A DNA stretch of 64,000 nucleotides from an uncultured Verrucomicrobiae bacterium (GCA_963706955.1 CAVPOC010000003.1:576001-640000), one strand, 5' to 3'; positions 39,010 through 49,287 are shown, counted from the stretch's first letter. The notes: generated from the sequence alone by a model not told the origin. Numbers and translations: made by a program.

Positions 39010-40166
39010 TCGCCGACGCCTCCGCAGCTGCTCGCGTTCAAGAGATCTTTCAAAGCAACTTCGTGCGCGGCGTCGAAGTGGGTGCTTCCGTGGCTGTTTG
39101 GCAGAATGGCTCCCAAGCGTTCTGCTTTTACCATGGCTGGAGGGATGGCGAACGCGAATTGCCATGGACCGCCGATACCATGGTTCTCGTCTGGTCTGCC
39201 ACCAAAGGTCTGGCGAGTGCGTGCCTCCTGCATGCGCTGGAAGGTGCGGGGCTTGATTTGTCGGCACGCGTGGCAGAATTCTGGCCGGAATTTGGCCAAG
39301 CGGGTAAGGAGCGCCTTACTATTGGAGAGGTGGTTTCCCATCGGGCGGGCCTTTCAGCGCTCACCGACAAGACGGTCGGACTTCGTGATCATGATGCCGT
39401 GGTCCGTGCCGTCGAATTGCAGGCACCCCTCTGGAATGAGCGCGACGAACATGGCTATTCCCCGCGGATCTACGGTTATATCGCCGACGAATCCGTTCGC
39501 AGACTCACCGGAACCTCGCTGGGTGAGTATTGGCGAAAGCAGTTTGGCGAGCCATTGGAGCTCGACCTCTGGATTGGTCTTCCCGAGACGCTTCACCACC
39601 GGGCTGCGCAAATGATTGCCGCGCGTGCAGGCTGCGGCGACCTTGAAGATCAGTTTTCCCAAGCCATGGCCACGCCGGGCTCGCTCACCCGCGAGGCATT
39701 CTCGACCCCGGCAGGCGCAGTCTCGCCCTCGGCGATGAATTCTCCAGCATTGCGCGCGACCAGCCTCCCCGCGTTGGGCGCAATCGGCAGCGCCGATTCC
39801 CTCGCTAAGTTCTATGCCATGCTCTCCCTCGAAGGAAAATGGGATGGACGACAGTACTTTTCGGCCACGGCGATTCGGTGGATGACCACTCGTTTGGCGC
39901 AAGGAGTCGACAAGACCCTTCAGACCGAAACCGCCTTCTCAGGAGGCTTTATGCTCGACCCACTCGATGCCTCCGGGAAAAAGAAGCGCTATACTTTCGG
40001 TCCGACAATTTCGGCCTTCGGCCATCCCGGAGCCGGCGGAAGCCTGGCTTTTGCTGATCCGGAGAACCACCTTGGCTTTGCCTATGTCATGAACCAGATG
40101 GAATCTGGCGTCCTCCCGAAATCTCGAGCGGTCGCGCTCGTTCATGCCCTCTATGATTTTCCTTGA
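39006..40166 (+). CDS. Serine hydrolase, beta-lactamase-related family (EstA/EstB-like esterase)
   Basis: WSATKG (SxxK), SHRAGL, FGHPGAGGSLAFADPE. Confidence 0.88.
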   Translation: MIADASAAARVQEIFQSNFVRGVEVGASVAVWQNGSQAFCFYHGWRDGERELPWTADTMVLVWSATKGLASACLLHALEGAGLDLSARVAEFWPEFGQAGKERLTIGEVVSHRAGLSALTDKTVGLRDHDAVVRAVELQAPLWNERDEHGYSPRIYGYIADESVRRLTGTSLGEYWRKQFGEPLELDLWIGLPETLHHRAAQMIAARAGCGDLEDQFSQAMATPGSLTREAFSTPAGAVSPSAMNSPALRATSLPALGAIGSADSLAKFYAMLSLEGKWDGRQYFSATAIRWMTTRLAQGVDKTLQTETAFSGGFMLDPLDASGKKKRYTFGPTISAFGHPGAGGSLAFADPENHLGFAYVMNQMESGVLPKSRAVALVHALYDFP

Positions 40167-40173
40167 TTTCAAT

Positions 40174-40201
40174 TTGACAGTGTGCGCCCAAGAACTAAGA
40201 T
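40174..40201 (+). promoter_or_regulatory. Probable sigma70 promoter for rplI-dnaB
   Basis: TTGACA-N16-TAAGAT, 27 bp upstream of the rplI ATG; GGGAG RBS. Confidence 0.55.
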
Positions 40202-40227
40202 TTTTTTCCCTCTTTGGTTAGGGAGCT

Positions 40228-40764
40228 ATGGCATACGCAGAAGTTATTCTCACGGAAAACATCCCTAATCTGGGCGCAGAGGCGGATTTGGTCAGGGTTC
40301 GTCGCGGATTCGCGCGCAATTTTCTCATCCCGAACGGCAAGGCCCTGGAGGTCACTCCGAGTTCGCTTCGCAAGATCAATCATCTGAAGGCAAAGCGTTC
40401 CGAGCGCGAGGCACGGGAATTAACCGCCGCGGAGCAACTCGCCAGCAAGATCAGCAAGCTAGTCCTTGATTTTTCTCTTGAGACCGGCGAGACAGGGAAA
40501 GCCTTTGGCTCGGTGACAGCCAAGGATATTCATGACCGCCTGGCGGCGGAACTTGCCAACGTCGAGTTGCCCAAGCATGCGGTGGCGCTCGACAAGGCAT
40601 TCAAGGAGAGTGGCGATCATGAAATGGAGGTGCGACTCCACCCCGATGTCACCGCCAAGCTTCGGGTCAGGATCTCGACTCCGAAGCGCGCTCCGGCTGA
40701 GGCAGAGCCGGAATCGACCAAGAAATCCAACCGCAGAAGAAGCGCCCCCAAGAACTCCTCTTAG
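40228..40764 (+). CDS. rplI: 50S ribosomal protein L9
   Basis: LGAEADLVRVRRGFARNFLIP; GKAFGSVT; LHPDV. Confidence 0.95.
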   Translation: MAYAEVILTENIPNLGAEADLVRVRRGFARNFLIPNGKALEVTPSSLRKINHLKAKRSEREARELTAAEQLASKISKLVLDFSLETGETGKAFGSVTAKDIHDRLAAELANVELPKHAVALDKAFKESGDHEMEVRLHPDVTAKLRVRISTPKRAPAEAEPESTKKSNRRRSAPKNSS

Positions 40765-40766
40765 CA

Positions 40767-42254
40767 ATGGCCACCGATTCTCCGGCCGCCTCTGCCGAGA
40801 ATCCCGCAAACTCCGGGTTTGGTCCCGGTAAAGGCCGCGAAAGGTTGCGTTCTTACTCCCAAAAGGTTGGGAGTTATTTACCTGATATTCACAGGTCCCT
40901 CCCGCAAAGCATTGATGCGGAAAAGGGCCTTCTTGGCTCGGTGCTGCTGGCGCCCGGGCGCGTGCTCGACGAGTGTATTCAGCAGCAGGTCGGCGAAAAG
41001 TATTTTCAACATCCCGCCCACGCGAGGATCTTCAGCGTCTTGGTCGACATGCGTGAGGCGAACAAGCCGATTGACCAGATCTCGCTGACGCAATTCCTCG
41101 AGGACCGGCACCTCTTGCCAGAAGTTGGCGGGGCCGCGGCGGTCACCGACTTGTTCACATTTGTTCCGACCGCCAGCAACGCCGGTTATTATCTCGAGAT
41201 CCTTCGCGAGAAGTACCTCTTGCGGGAGATCATCGTGGCGTGCACCGAATACGGCGCTCGCGCCTACGAGGAACAGGGGGACGTTCAGATCCTTCTCGAT
41301 GAGGTCGAACAAAGGATCCTGGCTATCGGAGATGATCGCTTTCGCGCGAAGATCCCGGAGATGAAGGAGCTCGCCATGGCGGCTTTGGATAGTATCGAAA
41401 AGCTCTTCCAAAATCGTGGCGCGCTCACCGGGCTGCCGACCGGCTTCAGAGGCATCGACACCATGACCAATGGCATGCATGGCGGCGAGATGATCGTCGT
41501 CGCGGCCCGACCGTCGATGGGCAAGACGGCCCTCGCCATGAATATTGCCGAACACGTTGCCATCGATGCAGGGAAACCGGTCGCCGTCTTCAGCTTGGAG
41601 ATGAGCACCCAGCAACTCATGCAGCGGCTGCTCTGTTCATACGCCCGCGTCGACCTAAAGAAAATCCGGGATGGATTTATCGGAAAGCACGACATGACCA
41701 ATCTTATTCAAGCCACCACTAGGCTTTCCGAATCCAAGATGTTTATCGATGATACCCCGGGACTAAGCATTCTCGAACTCCGCGCGCGCGCCAGGCGACT
41801 TAAGGATCGGCACGACGTCAGTTTGATCGTGATCGACTATCTTCAACTTCTTCGCTCGCCCAGCCGGAGGGGATTGGATAACCGTCAGGTCGAAGTTGCG
41901 GAGATCTCCGCAGGGATCAAGGCGCTCGCCAAGGAACTAAGCATTCCGATTGTGGTGCTAGCTCAGCTTAATCGCAACCCGGAGGCGCGCACCGGCGACA
42001 GCAAGGGCAAACCGCGCTTGAGCGACTTGCGGGAGTCCGGTTCGATCGAGCAGGATGCCGATCTCGTCGGACTTCTCTGGCGCGAGGAATACTACCTCGA
42101 TGACGAAGAGGAGAGAAAGGAGCTTGAGGGCAAGGCCGAACTTGTCATTGCCAAACAGCGCAACGGCCCGGTCGGGGCCGTGCCTCTAACATTCCTCAAA
42201 AGCATTACCCGCTTCGAAGATCGGGCGTTTGAGCGCGAAGAGCCGTCGAGGTAG
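40767..42254 (+). CDS. dnaB: Replicative DNA helicase
   Basis: AARPSMGKT, IVIDYLQL, AQLNR, SDLRESGSIEQDAD, AKQRNGP; no intein. Confidence 0.97.
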   Translation: MATDSPAASAENPANSGFGPGKGRERLRSYSQKVGSYLPDIHRSLPQSIDAEKGLLGSVLLAPGRVLDECIQQQVGEKYFQHPAHARIFSVLVDMREANKPIDQISLTQFLEDRHLLPEVGGAAAVTDLFTFVPTASNAGYYLEILREKYLLREIIVACTEYGARAYEEQGDVQILLDEVEQRILAIGDDRFRAKIPEMKELAMAALDSIEKLFQNRGALTGLPTGFRGIDTMTNGMHGGEMIVVAARPSMGKTALAMNIAEHVAIDAGKPVAVFSLEMSTQQLMQRLLCSYARVDLKKIRDGFIGKHDMTNLIQATTRLSESKMFIDDTPGLSILELRARARRLKDRHDVSLIVIDYLQLLRSPSRRGLDNRQVEVAEISAGIKALAKELSIPIVVLAQLNRNPEARTGDSKGKPRLSDLRESGSIEQDADLVGLLWREEYYLDDEEERKELEGKAELVIAKQRNGPVGAVPLTFLKSITRFEDRAFEREEPSR

Positions 42255-42292
42255 CGAGGCGTGTTAAGTAATCACGGGCGTGTGATTAGTTC

Positions 42293-42337
42293 TGGGGAGC
42301 GCACGCGGGGACGCTGCGGGGACGCGTATGCTCCCCA
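42293..42337. repeat. Long imperfect inverted repeat (REP-like hairpin / possible bidirectional terminator) between convergent dnaB and maf
   Basis: TGGGGAGCGCACGCG...CGCGTATGCTCCCCA. Confidence 0.6.
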
Positions 42338-42442
42338 AAATCTCCCGTCAAGTCGTCCAGCAAAAGGTGAGGGCTGACCGCCGGCTGGCACTCAAGGCGC
42401 GGAGGCGCTTAAGGTAATCGAGAGCGCTCTAGTCTACAGGGG

Positions 42443-43048
42443 TTAGTACGCGAAACGTTCCCGCAAAGCCATGACGACCCGCTCGACCGGCAGGCCGATC
42501 ACGTTGCTCATCGAGCCTTCAACGCACTCGATCAGGCGTCCGTGGTCCTCCTGCGCGGCGTAGGCACCTGCCTTGTCAAGGGGGTAAATGCTTCGCAAAT
42601 AATCGTCGAGGTCAACCTCTCGTCGAGCTCGAAACTTCACTCGCGTTGAATCGGTGAATCGGCAAAGCTTTCCTTGGCTCCGGTGCACCAAGCAAACTCC
42701 GGTCAACACTTCGTGAATGCGCCCGCAGAGCTCTTCGAGCATTGCTCGCGCCTCAGCGGCATCGCGTGGCTTTCCAAATATCCTTCCGTCGAAGGAAACA
42801 ATGGTGTCGGCGCCGAGGACGATGCGATCGGGAAATCTCGCGGCCACTTCAGTCGCCTTTAATTGAGCATTCAACAAGCAAAGCTTCCGCGCAGGCATGC
42901 CCGCGCCGGTCAACTCCTGAACCTGCGCGATCTCGGTCTGGAACTCTACGCCAGCTCGCCGCAAGAGCTCGCGCCGCCGCTCGGAAGCGGAAGCGAGCAG
43001 CAACCCAGCGCAAGTGGGCGCCGCCTCATCAATCAATCGGTGCTCCAC
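42443..43048 (-). CDS. maf: Maf-family nucleoside triphosphate pyrophosphatase
   Basis: LASASERRRELL, LGADTIV, GKP, DKAGAYA, NVIGLP. Confidence 0.92.
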   Translation of the reverse strand: MEHRLIDEAAPTCAGLLLASASERRRELLRRAGVEFQTEIAQVQELTGAGMPARKLCLLNAQLKATEVAARFPDRIVLGADTIVSFDGRIFGKPRDAAEARAMLEELCGRIHEVLTGVCLVHRSQGKLCRFTDSTRVKFRARREVDLDDYLRSIYPLDKAGAYAAQEDHGRLIECVEGSMSNVIGLPVERVVMALRERFAY

Positions 43049-43102
43049 AGTAAACGTGACGCCTGCGAGGGGCCCTCAAAGAAGTCGCACTAAATTCCGG
43101 AT

Positions 43103-43402
43103 CTAGTAGGCGCCGTCGCCGTTGGAGAGCCCGGTGCCCTCACGAATACTGGCCAGCTGTCGGCGAATCCGTCTCGATGAATCGGGGCGGTTATTGAAGT
43201 CGGCGATGGCTCCTGCCACCAATGGAAGGATTGTGGCGGCGCCCGCGCCGATAAAGGCAATGGCTGTCCGCTGACGAACTGTTTGATCCAGCTTCCCAGC
43301 AATCAGCAACCCTACGCCGAAACCGACCGCGGCTTGCGAGAGCGCAATCATGCTCGTCACAGGGAGACTGTCGCCAAATTTGCCGTAGGAAATCGAAGAC
43401 AT
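43103..43402 (-). CDS. Small two-TM hypothetical membrane protein
   Basis: MSSISYGKFG...AAVGFGVGLLIAG...AIAFIGAGAATILPLVAGAI. Confidence 0.6.
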   Translation of the reverse strand: MSSISYGKFGDSLPVTSMIALSQAAVGFGVGLLIAGKLDQTVRQRTAIAFIGAGAATILPLVAGAIADFNNRPDSSRRIRRQLASIREGTGLSNGDGAY

Positions 43403-43447
43403 GTTGTTGCGCAACGTAGGTTTGTGGTGTGGGATTTTCAACTGGAA

Positions 43448-43865
43448 ATGGCAAGTCGACGTGTTCTTGGCATCGATCTCGGCGAGGCTCGGGTGGGAGT
43501 GGCACTCAGCGACGATCTCGGGCTGCTCGCGCACCCTCTCGAGACCATCGATGTGTCGCGGCGCGATCCCTGCGAGCGCATCGCGGAGCTGGCTCGTGAA
43601 AAGGGCGTCGAGGCAATTATCGTCGGGCATGCCACGAAATATGGACGGCTCGTTTGGTCCGGCGGCGCTGAAAGCACGCGAGTTGATCGAACGCCTTCGA
43701 GCATGCGTTCCCTGCGAAGTCATCCCGTGGGACGAGCGATTGACGACTGTCGCAGCCGCACGGGCGCTCCGCGAAGCCGGACGAAAGGCCAAGAAGCAGC
43801 GAGCGGTAATCGACCAGGCGGCCGCGCAGATTTTACTGCAAAGTTGGATCGATTCGCAGCCATGA
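43448..43865 (+). CDS. ruvX: Holliday junction resolvase-like / pre-16S rRNA nuclease YqgF, 1 frameshift at about 43625
   Basis: LGIDLGEARVGVALSD / GMPRNMDG, WDERLTT, IDQAAAQILLQ. Confidence 0.9.
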
Positions 43866-44596
43866 GGCTGCGGCTCATCATCGCCTATGACGGTAGAGCA
43901 TACTCGGGCTGGCAAAGTCAAAGGTCAGCAAACACCATTCAGGACATCCTGGAAAAAACATTCGCAGAAGATCGCGGGAAGACACATCGCCGTGCATGGC
44001 GCGGGCCGCACCGACGCCGGCGTTCACGCGCTCGGCCAGTGCGCGCATGCCGACGTTTTCGCGACAATGAGCCCCGCTCAATGGCAGCGCGCGCTAAACG
44101 CGAACTTGCCGCCGACCATTCGCGTGATGAAGTCATCTCGTGCTGCTTCCAGCTTCCATGCACGCTTCTCAGCGAAAGCAAAAGTCTACCGATATCTCAT
44201 CCGCCATGGGCCCATTCTCCCACCACAAGAATTCGGTCGCGTCTGGCACGTGCCACAAGCCCTCCAGACTCGACGTTCTGCGGCAGGCCTTAGCGCACCT
44301 GGTCGGTCAGCACGACTTCCGCGCTTTTTCTGCGCAGCGCGGCAAGCCTTCGGGCGACACCATACGGACAATTCAAAAGGTGTGTCTGGCGCATCGCGGC
44401 GAACTGCTGACACTGAGCTTCCAGGGAGATGGATTTCTTTACAAGATGGTGCGGATGCTCACGGCCGCCATCGTTCGCGTGGCACAAAGCCGCGATACCC
44501 TGGAGAGTCTTCAGTCGCGCTCTAAAAACCGGCGTCCCGAAATCGAACCACGTGGCTCCGCCGGACGGATTAACTCTGATGCGGGTATTGTATTGA
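43862..44596 (+). CDS. truA: tRNA pseudouridine(38-40) synthase, about 3 frameshifts
   Basis: AYDGRAYSGWQ / GAGRTDAGVHALGQ, FHARFSA / GQHDFRAF, GDGFLYKMVR / GLTLMRVLY*. Confidence 0.9.
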
Positions 44597-44603
44597 ACGC
44601 GGT

Positions 44604-45129
44604 TTAGTCGCGCACCTGTGACTCGAGGTTTTCCGGAGAAGAAGGCCGGATCTTTACGGCGTAGGCGTCGTAACTGAACTTCAAATCGGAAGCGTCACCG
44701 ATATATCTCAACACTTCCGCGGCGGGAACGTTCTGCAGGCTCAAAGTGACTCGTTTGTCTGCGATCGCCTCCGGGGGCACTATCCAAACCACATTTAGCG
44801 ATCGCTCGCCTCCGCTAAGTTCGTGGACCTTTTGCCCGACGAAGGCAACCGCCTCACGGACGCTCACATCCCGAAAATCGATGGTCGGAATGTTGATCTT
44901 CCTGAGAACAGCTTGGAGATTTGGTCCGCTCCCCTCTCGAACTGCGATGGCGCGAAGGTAATTTCGCGCCGCAGAGTTCTCGGATCCACCGCCAGGAGGG
45001 ATTCGAAAAGCGACTTCGCCGTTGCGTAATCGCCCTCCGAAATGCGCGCACGGCCTCCGATTGAATCTCCTCCTGTTGCGCAGAGAGATTTGAAAACGCA
45101 AAGAGCAGCAGCGCGACCAGCCTTTTCAC
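44604..45129 (-). CDS. Secreted hypothetical protein (TPR-like helix + STN/secretin-N-like domain), frameshifted
   Basis: Signal peptide (V)KRLVALLLFAFSNLSAQ; GDYATAKSLFESLLAVDP; IPTIDFRDVSVREAVAFV...VTLSLQNVPAAEVLRYI. Confidence 0.55.
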
Positions 45130-45213
45130 GAGCCACTTTACACGGTCGCGGCTGGACTTCAATTGCCCCAGCGACTTGAACAAGGCAGGCCATCTGTTAG
45201 CGTGCGCGGGGAA

Positions 45214-46286
45214 ATGCGGAGAAGGCTTGTTCTTGGACTAATCCTCTTGGCCGCGGTCTCCGCACAACCGCCATCGCTCCGTGGCCAATTGTCCGACGAA
45301 CAAAAGAAGAAACTCTTTCTCAAAGCGCGCGAAGACATCCAACCCGTCCCAAAACCGACCGTCACTCCGCGACCCAAACCCAAAGCCGCGCCAACACCCA
45401 CGCCCGCTCCCGCGCAACACCAACCTCCACCCCTCGAGTCATACCGACCGCCACCCCGCGCGTCACGCCAGCCGCCACCCCGCGAGTCACACCAAAACCC
45501 GCGCCGGAACCCAAAGAGATACCACGCCCAACGCCGAGAGTAACGGCAGAGCCGCGAGAAAGACCGCAGCCGAAGCCCGCGGTCTCTCCTCTGGAGTCGC
45601 CCACACCTGACGTGATTCCGCTGGAATCGCCGGAAACCCCCGCTCCCACGCCGCCTCAAATCCCGAGAGGAAAAACACCTCTTGGCGAGCGCCTGGAAGC
45701 GCCGATTCTCATTGAGAAGTCAGGACTGGAAGAGGACCAGGGACTCGAGCCGGCTCCGCGACGAGGGCGGTTGGTTCAAGCGATGGCGATACTTAACGCC
45801 TGGAGTGCGCAGAGCGATCGACGGGCGAGAGTCAAGAAAGGTCGGTGGAAGTACATCATCATTCACAACAGCGGAACCAGGCAAGGAAACGCTCGTATCT
45901 TCAATACCTATCACCGCCGTGTGCGCAAGATGCAGAACGGACTTGCCTACCATTTTGTCATCGGCAATGGCAGGTCCTCTGGCAACGGCGAGGTTGAAGT
46001 CGGTCCGCGCTGGACGAAACAGCTCAACGGCGGACACGTGGCCAGTGATTACCTCAACAACATCGCCATCGGAATCTGTCTGGTCGGCGACCTTAATCGT
46101 GACCAGCCCACCAAGGCCCAGCTTGGCGCGCTCGATGAACTTATAAGCTATTTGCGCGATCGTGTCGGAAAGATTAAAGGCAGGAAGGCGCTGGTCGCCC
46201 CGCACAAGAAGATCAACCCAAGGCCGACTGATTGTCCGGGCGATCGCTTTCCCTACGGTTGGCTGCAGCGGAGATTCGGATCGTAA
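45214..46286 (+). CDS. N-acetylmuramoyl-L-alanine amidase (amidase_2/PGRP type) with Pro/Thr-rich linker, frameshifted
   Basis: Signal peptide; PTPTP/ATPRVT repeats; IIIHNSGT, LAYHFVIGNG, IGICLVGD, HKKINPRPTDCPG Zn ligands. Confidence 0.85.
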
Positions 46287-46293
46287 TTACTGT

Positions 46294-47160
46294 ATGAAGG
46301 TGGGCATTACTGGAGTGAGCGGGTTCATTGGCTCGCGAGTCGCGGCGCGATGTGGCGTCAGAGGAATTGAGGTGGTCGGATTTTCTCGGAATCCAGGCTC
46401 CGGTGCGCGCCGTTTTGAACTCACTTCCGTCCCGGACATCAGCGGTCTCGATGCGATCGTTAACCTGGCGGGCGAGCCGATTCTCGGTCTTTGGACGAAG
46501 GAAAAGAAGCGACGTATTCACGAAAGCCGCGTCCTGGGAACACGGCGCCTCGTGGAGGCTATCGCCAAAGCGCCCCGGCCACCTGGTGTGTTGGTCAATG
46601 CTTCTGCGATCGGCTTTTATGGTGATACCGGCGAGAAGGAGGTCGACGAATTTTCAGCGTCTGGGAAGGGATTTCTCGCTGACGTATGCCGCGAGTGGGA
46701 GGCTGAAGCGGCACGCGCCACATCCTACGGCGTACGCGTCGTGTTTGTTCGGATCGGTTTCGTGCTTGGCAAGGGCGGTGCGCTCAAGCTGCTTCAGCCA
46801 CTCTTCCAGCTCGGGCTGGGCGGAAAACTGGGCAGCGGGCGACAATGGATGAGCGGCGTCCACGTCGAAGATGTTGCCGGAATGATCGTCTGGGCCCTCG
46901 AAAACGAACGTCTGCAGGGACCTGTCAATGCAGTCATGCCTGAACCCTTCCGCAACACGGACTTCACGAGGGAGCTGGCACGATGCGTCACGCGGCCGGC
47001 AATCCTTCCAGCACCAGCATTTGCGCTTCGGCTCGCTTTCGGTGAGCTTGCCGATTCAATGCTTGGCAGCACCCGCGTGATCCCACGCGTCGCGCCTGAC
47101 GCGGGCTACGCGTATCAATTTGCGACTCTCCCTTCGGCGCTCGCGGAAGCCACCAAGTAA
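46294..47160 (+). CDS. TIGR01777-family NAD-dependent epimerase/oxidoreductase (YfcH-like)
   Basis: ITGVSGFIG, VNLAGEPI, SAIGFYGD, GFLADVCREWE, GLGGKLGSGRQW. Confidence 0.9.
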   Translation: MKVGITGVSGFIGSRVAARCGVRGIEVVGFSRNPGSGARRFELTSVPDISGLDAIVNLAGEPILGLWTKEKKRRIHESRVLGTRRLVEAIAKAPRPPGVLVNASAIGFYGDTGEKEVDEFSASGKGFLADVCREWEAEAARATSYGVRVVFVRIGFVLGKGGALKLLQPLFQLGLGGKLGSGRQWMSGVHVEDVAGMIVWALENERLQGPVNAVMPEPFRNTDFTRELARCVTRPAILPAPAFALRLAFGELADSMLGSTRVIPRVAPDAGYAYQFATLPSALAEATK

Positions 47161-47206
47161 CAGGAAGCCCAAGCCGTCCGTTGCAGGCCTTCTGCTTTCC
47201 CACTTC

Positions 47207-47707
47207 CTATCGGCCGATTTGCTGGGACTTGAGAAACGCTTCCTGCTCGAGCAGGCCGGACGGATAACCGACCTCCAGGCATTCGCGAAGATAGAGGCTT
47301 AAGAATTCTTCAATGCCTCCCAGTCGTTCGTACTGTGCGGTGTGAACGCATTCATGCGCGATGAGGCGGCGCATCTGCCAACAATCCGATCGAATAAAAA
47401 TTCCGTAGCGCAAAGCCATCCCGGCTGTGTCCGACGAGATCAGCTTTGTTCGTTTGGCAGCCCAGCGGAGCAAACGATTCGCAGGGAGCGGAACCTGATC
47501 GACCTTGAGTAAGCGAACTTTTTCAGGACGGGCTACACCCATCAGGCGGGCATCGGTTACCTGGGACTCATCAAGGGCTACCCCGGCGCGAAGAATTTTC
47601 TGCTCTTGCTGTGATGCCCATCTAACTGCCAGTGGCAGACAAAACGGCATTGCTCTCAAGAGTGCCTTGATCGCGAAATCAGAAGCTGAGGGACTCACAA
47701 GGTGCAC
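47207..47707 (-). CDS. Hypothetical HExxH zincin-like protein (DUF4157-like)
   Basis: LIAHECVHTAQYERLGG..YLRECL..LEQEA; start at 47707 or 47650. Confidence 0.65.
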   Translation of the reverse strand: MHLVSPSASDFAIKALLRAMPFCLPLAVRWASQQEQKILRAGVALDESQVTDARLMGVARPEKVRLLKVDQVPLPANRLLRWAAKRTKLISSDTAGMALRYGIFIRSDCWQMRRLIAHECVHTAQYERLGGIEEFLSLYLRECLEVGYPSGLLEQEAFLKSQQIGR

Positions 47708-47741
47708 TGGCAGCGTTTCGGCGCTTTGTCGCGGAATACCG

Positions 47742-48131
47742 TCACTCGGTAATTTCGATCCTGTTTCCCTCCGGATCGAGAAAGGCGCATTCGTAGTAGC
47801 CATCACCCGTCTGTCGCGGCCCATCGACGATGTGAAATCCATCGCGCCGGAGCCGCTCGGCCAGGCGATCTACACCACCGCGAGAGCCGAGCGAGAATGC
47901 CAAATGCGTAAGGCCGGTCGCTTGTGCGATCGGATCATTCTGGGATTCGGGGATCGACTCCTTCTGCATGAGCTCCAGTCTCGCTCCCGCCGAGAACGAG
48001 AGAAAATATGAACGAAATCCCTTTTTGGGATTTTCATACATCTCGTTGGAGATCGCCTGAAAGTACTTCACGTAAAAATCCCTGAGAGCTTCAAGGTTCT
48101 TTGCGTAGATCGCGACGTGTTCGATTTTCAT
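47742..48131 (-). CDS. VOC/glyoxalase family protein
   Basis: MKIEHVAIY; HLAFSLGS; GDGYYE..DPEGNRIEIT. Confidence 0.92.
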   Translation of the reverse strand: MKIEHVAIYAKNLEALRDFYVKYFQAISNEMYENPKKGFRSYFLSFSAGARLELMQKESIPESQNDPIAQATGLTHLAFSLGSRGGVDRLAERLRRDGFHIVDGPRQTGDGYYECAFLDPEGNRIEITE

Positions 48132-48314
48132 GGAATCTGAACGGTCTGATTTGCTCCGCACTTGGAGCAATTCTCAAAACAGTTTCCGAAAAAGTCGCCG
48201 GAGCGCAAGTGCGGAGAGTGGTCGCGCCGCACTCGGCGCTACATCAACGAAGGGCCGGTTTCTCGTGAACGAATCCCGAAAACTCTCTCGAGCTTTCCGA
48301 AGCGCTGGCGGAGC

Positions 48315-49139
48315 TCATTGAACAGTCCAATGCACTTCATAGACCTTTATGGCGTAGTGAAAACCTTTGGGCGTAATGCTTCCCCTGCTCAAGAATTGAG
48401 ATTTTTCCCTCGCGGAGTGCTCAATCATGTCTTCAGTTGCCAAGATTTGGTCGGGATCTGCATGCGAGCAGAGCCGGGACGCAAGTTGCACTGTCGCTCC
48501 AAACAGATCGTTGTCCTCCTCGACAGGTTCCCCCACGCTCAGACCGATGCGCAAGTGCAATGGCGTCGTGGCATTCTGAACATTGAAGCCAGCAAATGCT
48601 CGTTGGATGGCTATGGAGCATTCCAGAGCCTGGTCGATCGACGGGAAAGAGGCCATGATTCCATCCCCGAGGTGCTTGACCTCTCGTCCGGCATGCTCAC
48701 GCAGAGCTTTGCGTGTCAGAGCGTTGTGAACGTGTAGCAAATGCAAGGCCTTGGCATCGCCCAATCGCATGGTCATTGCCGTCGAGTCCTGAAGATCGGT
48801 GAACATGATGGCGCGCGCACCTGCATCCAGCAGAGCGGTTTCGCCGCTCTTCGTGGGTGGAGGGTCAGTAACCCTTCCCAGGAACGCCTCGACGACGGCT
48901 GGATCCACTTCGATGATTTCACTGGGAACGTCGCCATGAGCCTCATCGTGCGCCCGCTGAATGGCTTCTTTGTTGGGGGCTTCGACTAGACAAAACGCCG
49001 TCGAGCGCACTTCATCGAACCAGTAAGTGATGAAACGAACGCCGTATTTCCCTTGTGTTTGCAGGTCCTTGGAATGCGCAGTCGCAAGAACATGGCGCGT
49101 GACACCTTCCATGTAGTGGCGGTCCATGTAGATGGGCAT
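48315..49139 (-). CDS. SCO4226-like nickel-binding domain (DUF4242) fused to class III adenylate/guanylate cyclase
   Basis: MPIYMDRH..AHSKDL..YWFDE..FCLVEAP..AHDEAHG; cyclase motifs MFTDLQDST, VKHLGDG, DLFGATVQLASR. Confidence 0.88.
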   Translation of the reverse strand: MPIYMDRHYMEGVTRHVLATAHSKDLQTQGKYGVRFITYWFDEVRSTAFCLVEAPNKEAIQRAHDEAHGDVPSEIIEVDPAVVEAFLGRVTDPPPTKSGETALLDAGARAIMFTDLQDSTAMTMRLGDAKALHLLHVHNALTRKALREHAGREVKHLGDGIMASFPSIDQALECSIAIQRAFAGFNVQNATTPLHLRIGLSVGEPVEEDNDLFGATVQLASRLCSHADPDQILATEDMIEHSAREKSQFLSRGSITPKGFHYAIKVYEVHWTVQ

Positions 49140-49287
49140 CTGATTACTCCTGTTTTGACGGGAACGAACCGCAGCGGTCTCTGTTTGTGCCAAGTCCGCC
49201 TCGCACCCGCCCCGAGTAAGCTAGCCAAACTTGGCCATGCGAAAACATAATTTGTGCGAATGACTGGACCCAGGGCATCGGCAATCC

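Noticed and set aside
39006..40166. Class C beta-lactamase resistance gene
   Set aside because: No signal peptide; motifs fit the EstA/EstB-like esterase branch of the family.
43862..44596. Programmed ribosomal frameshifting in truA/ruvX/hemC
   Set aside because: Multiple shifts per gene with no consistent slippery-site context, and indels are window-wide, so sequencing error is far more parsimonious.
45345..45660. CRISPR-like or non-coding repeat array
   Set aside because: Repeats encode the Pro/Thr-rich linker of the amidase; no constant repeat-unique spacer structure and no cas genes. The same applies to 1366-1424.
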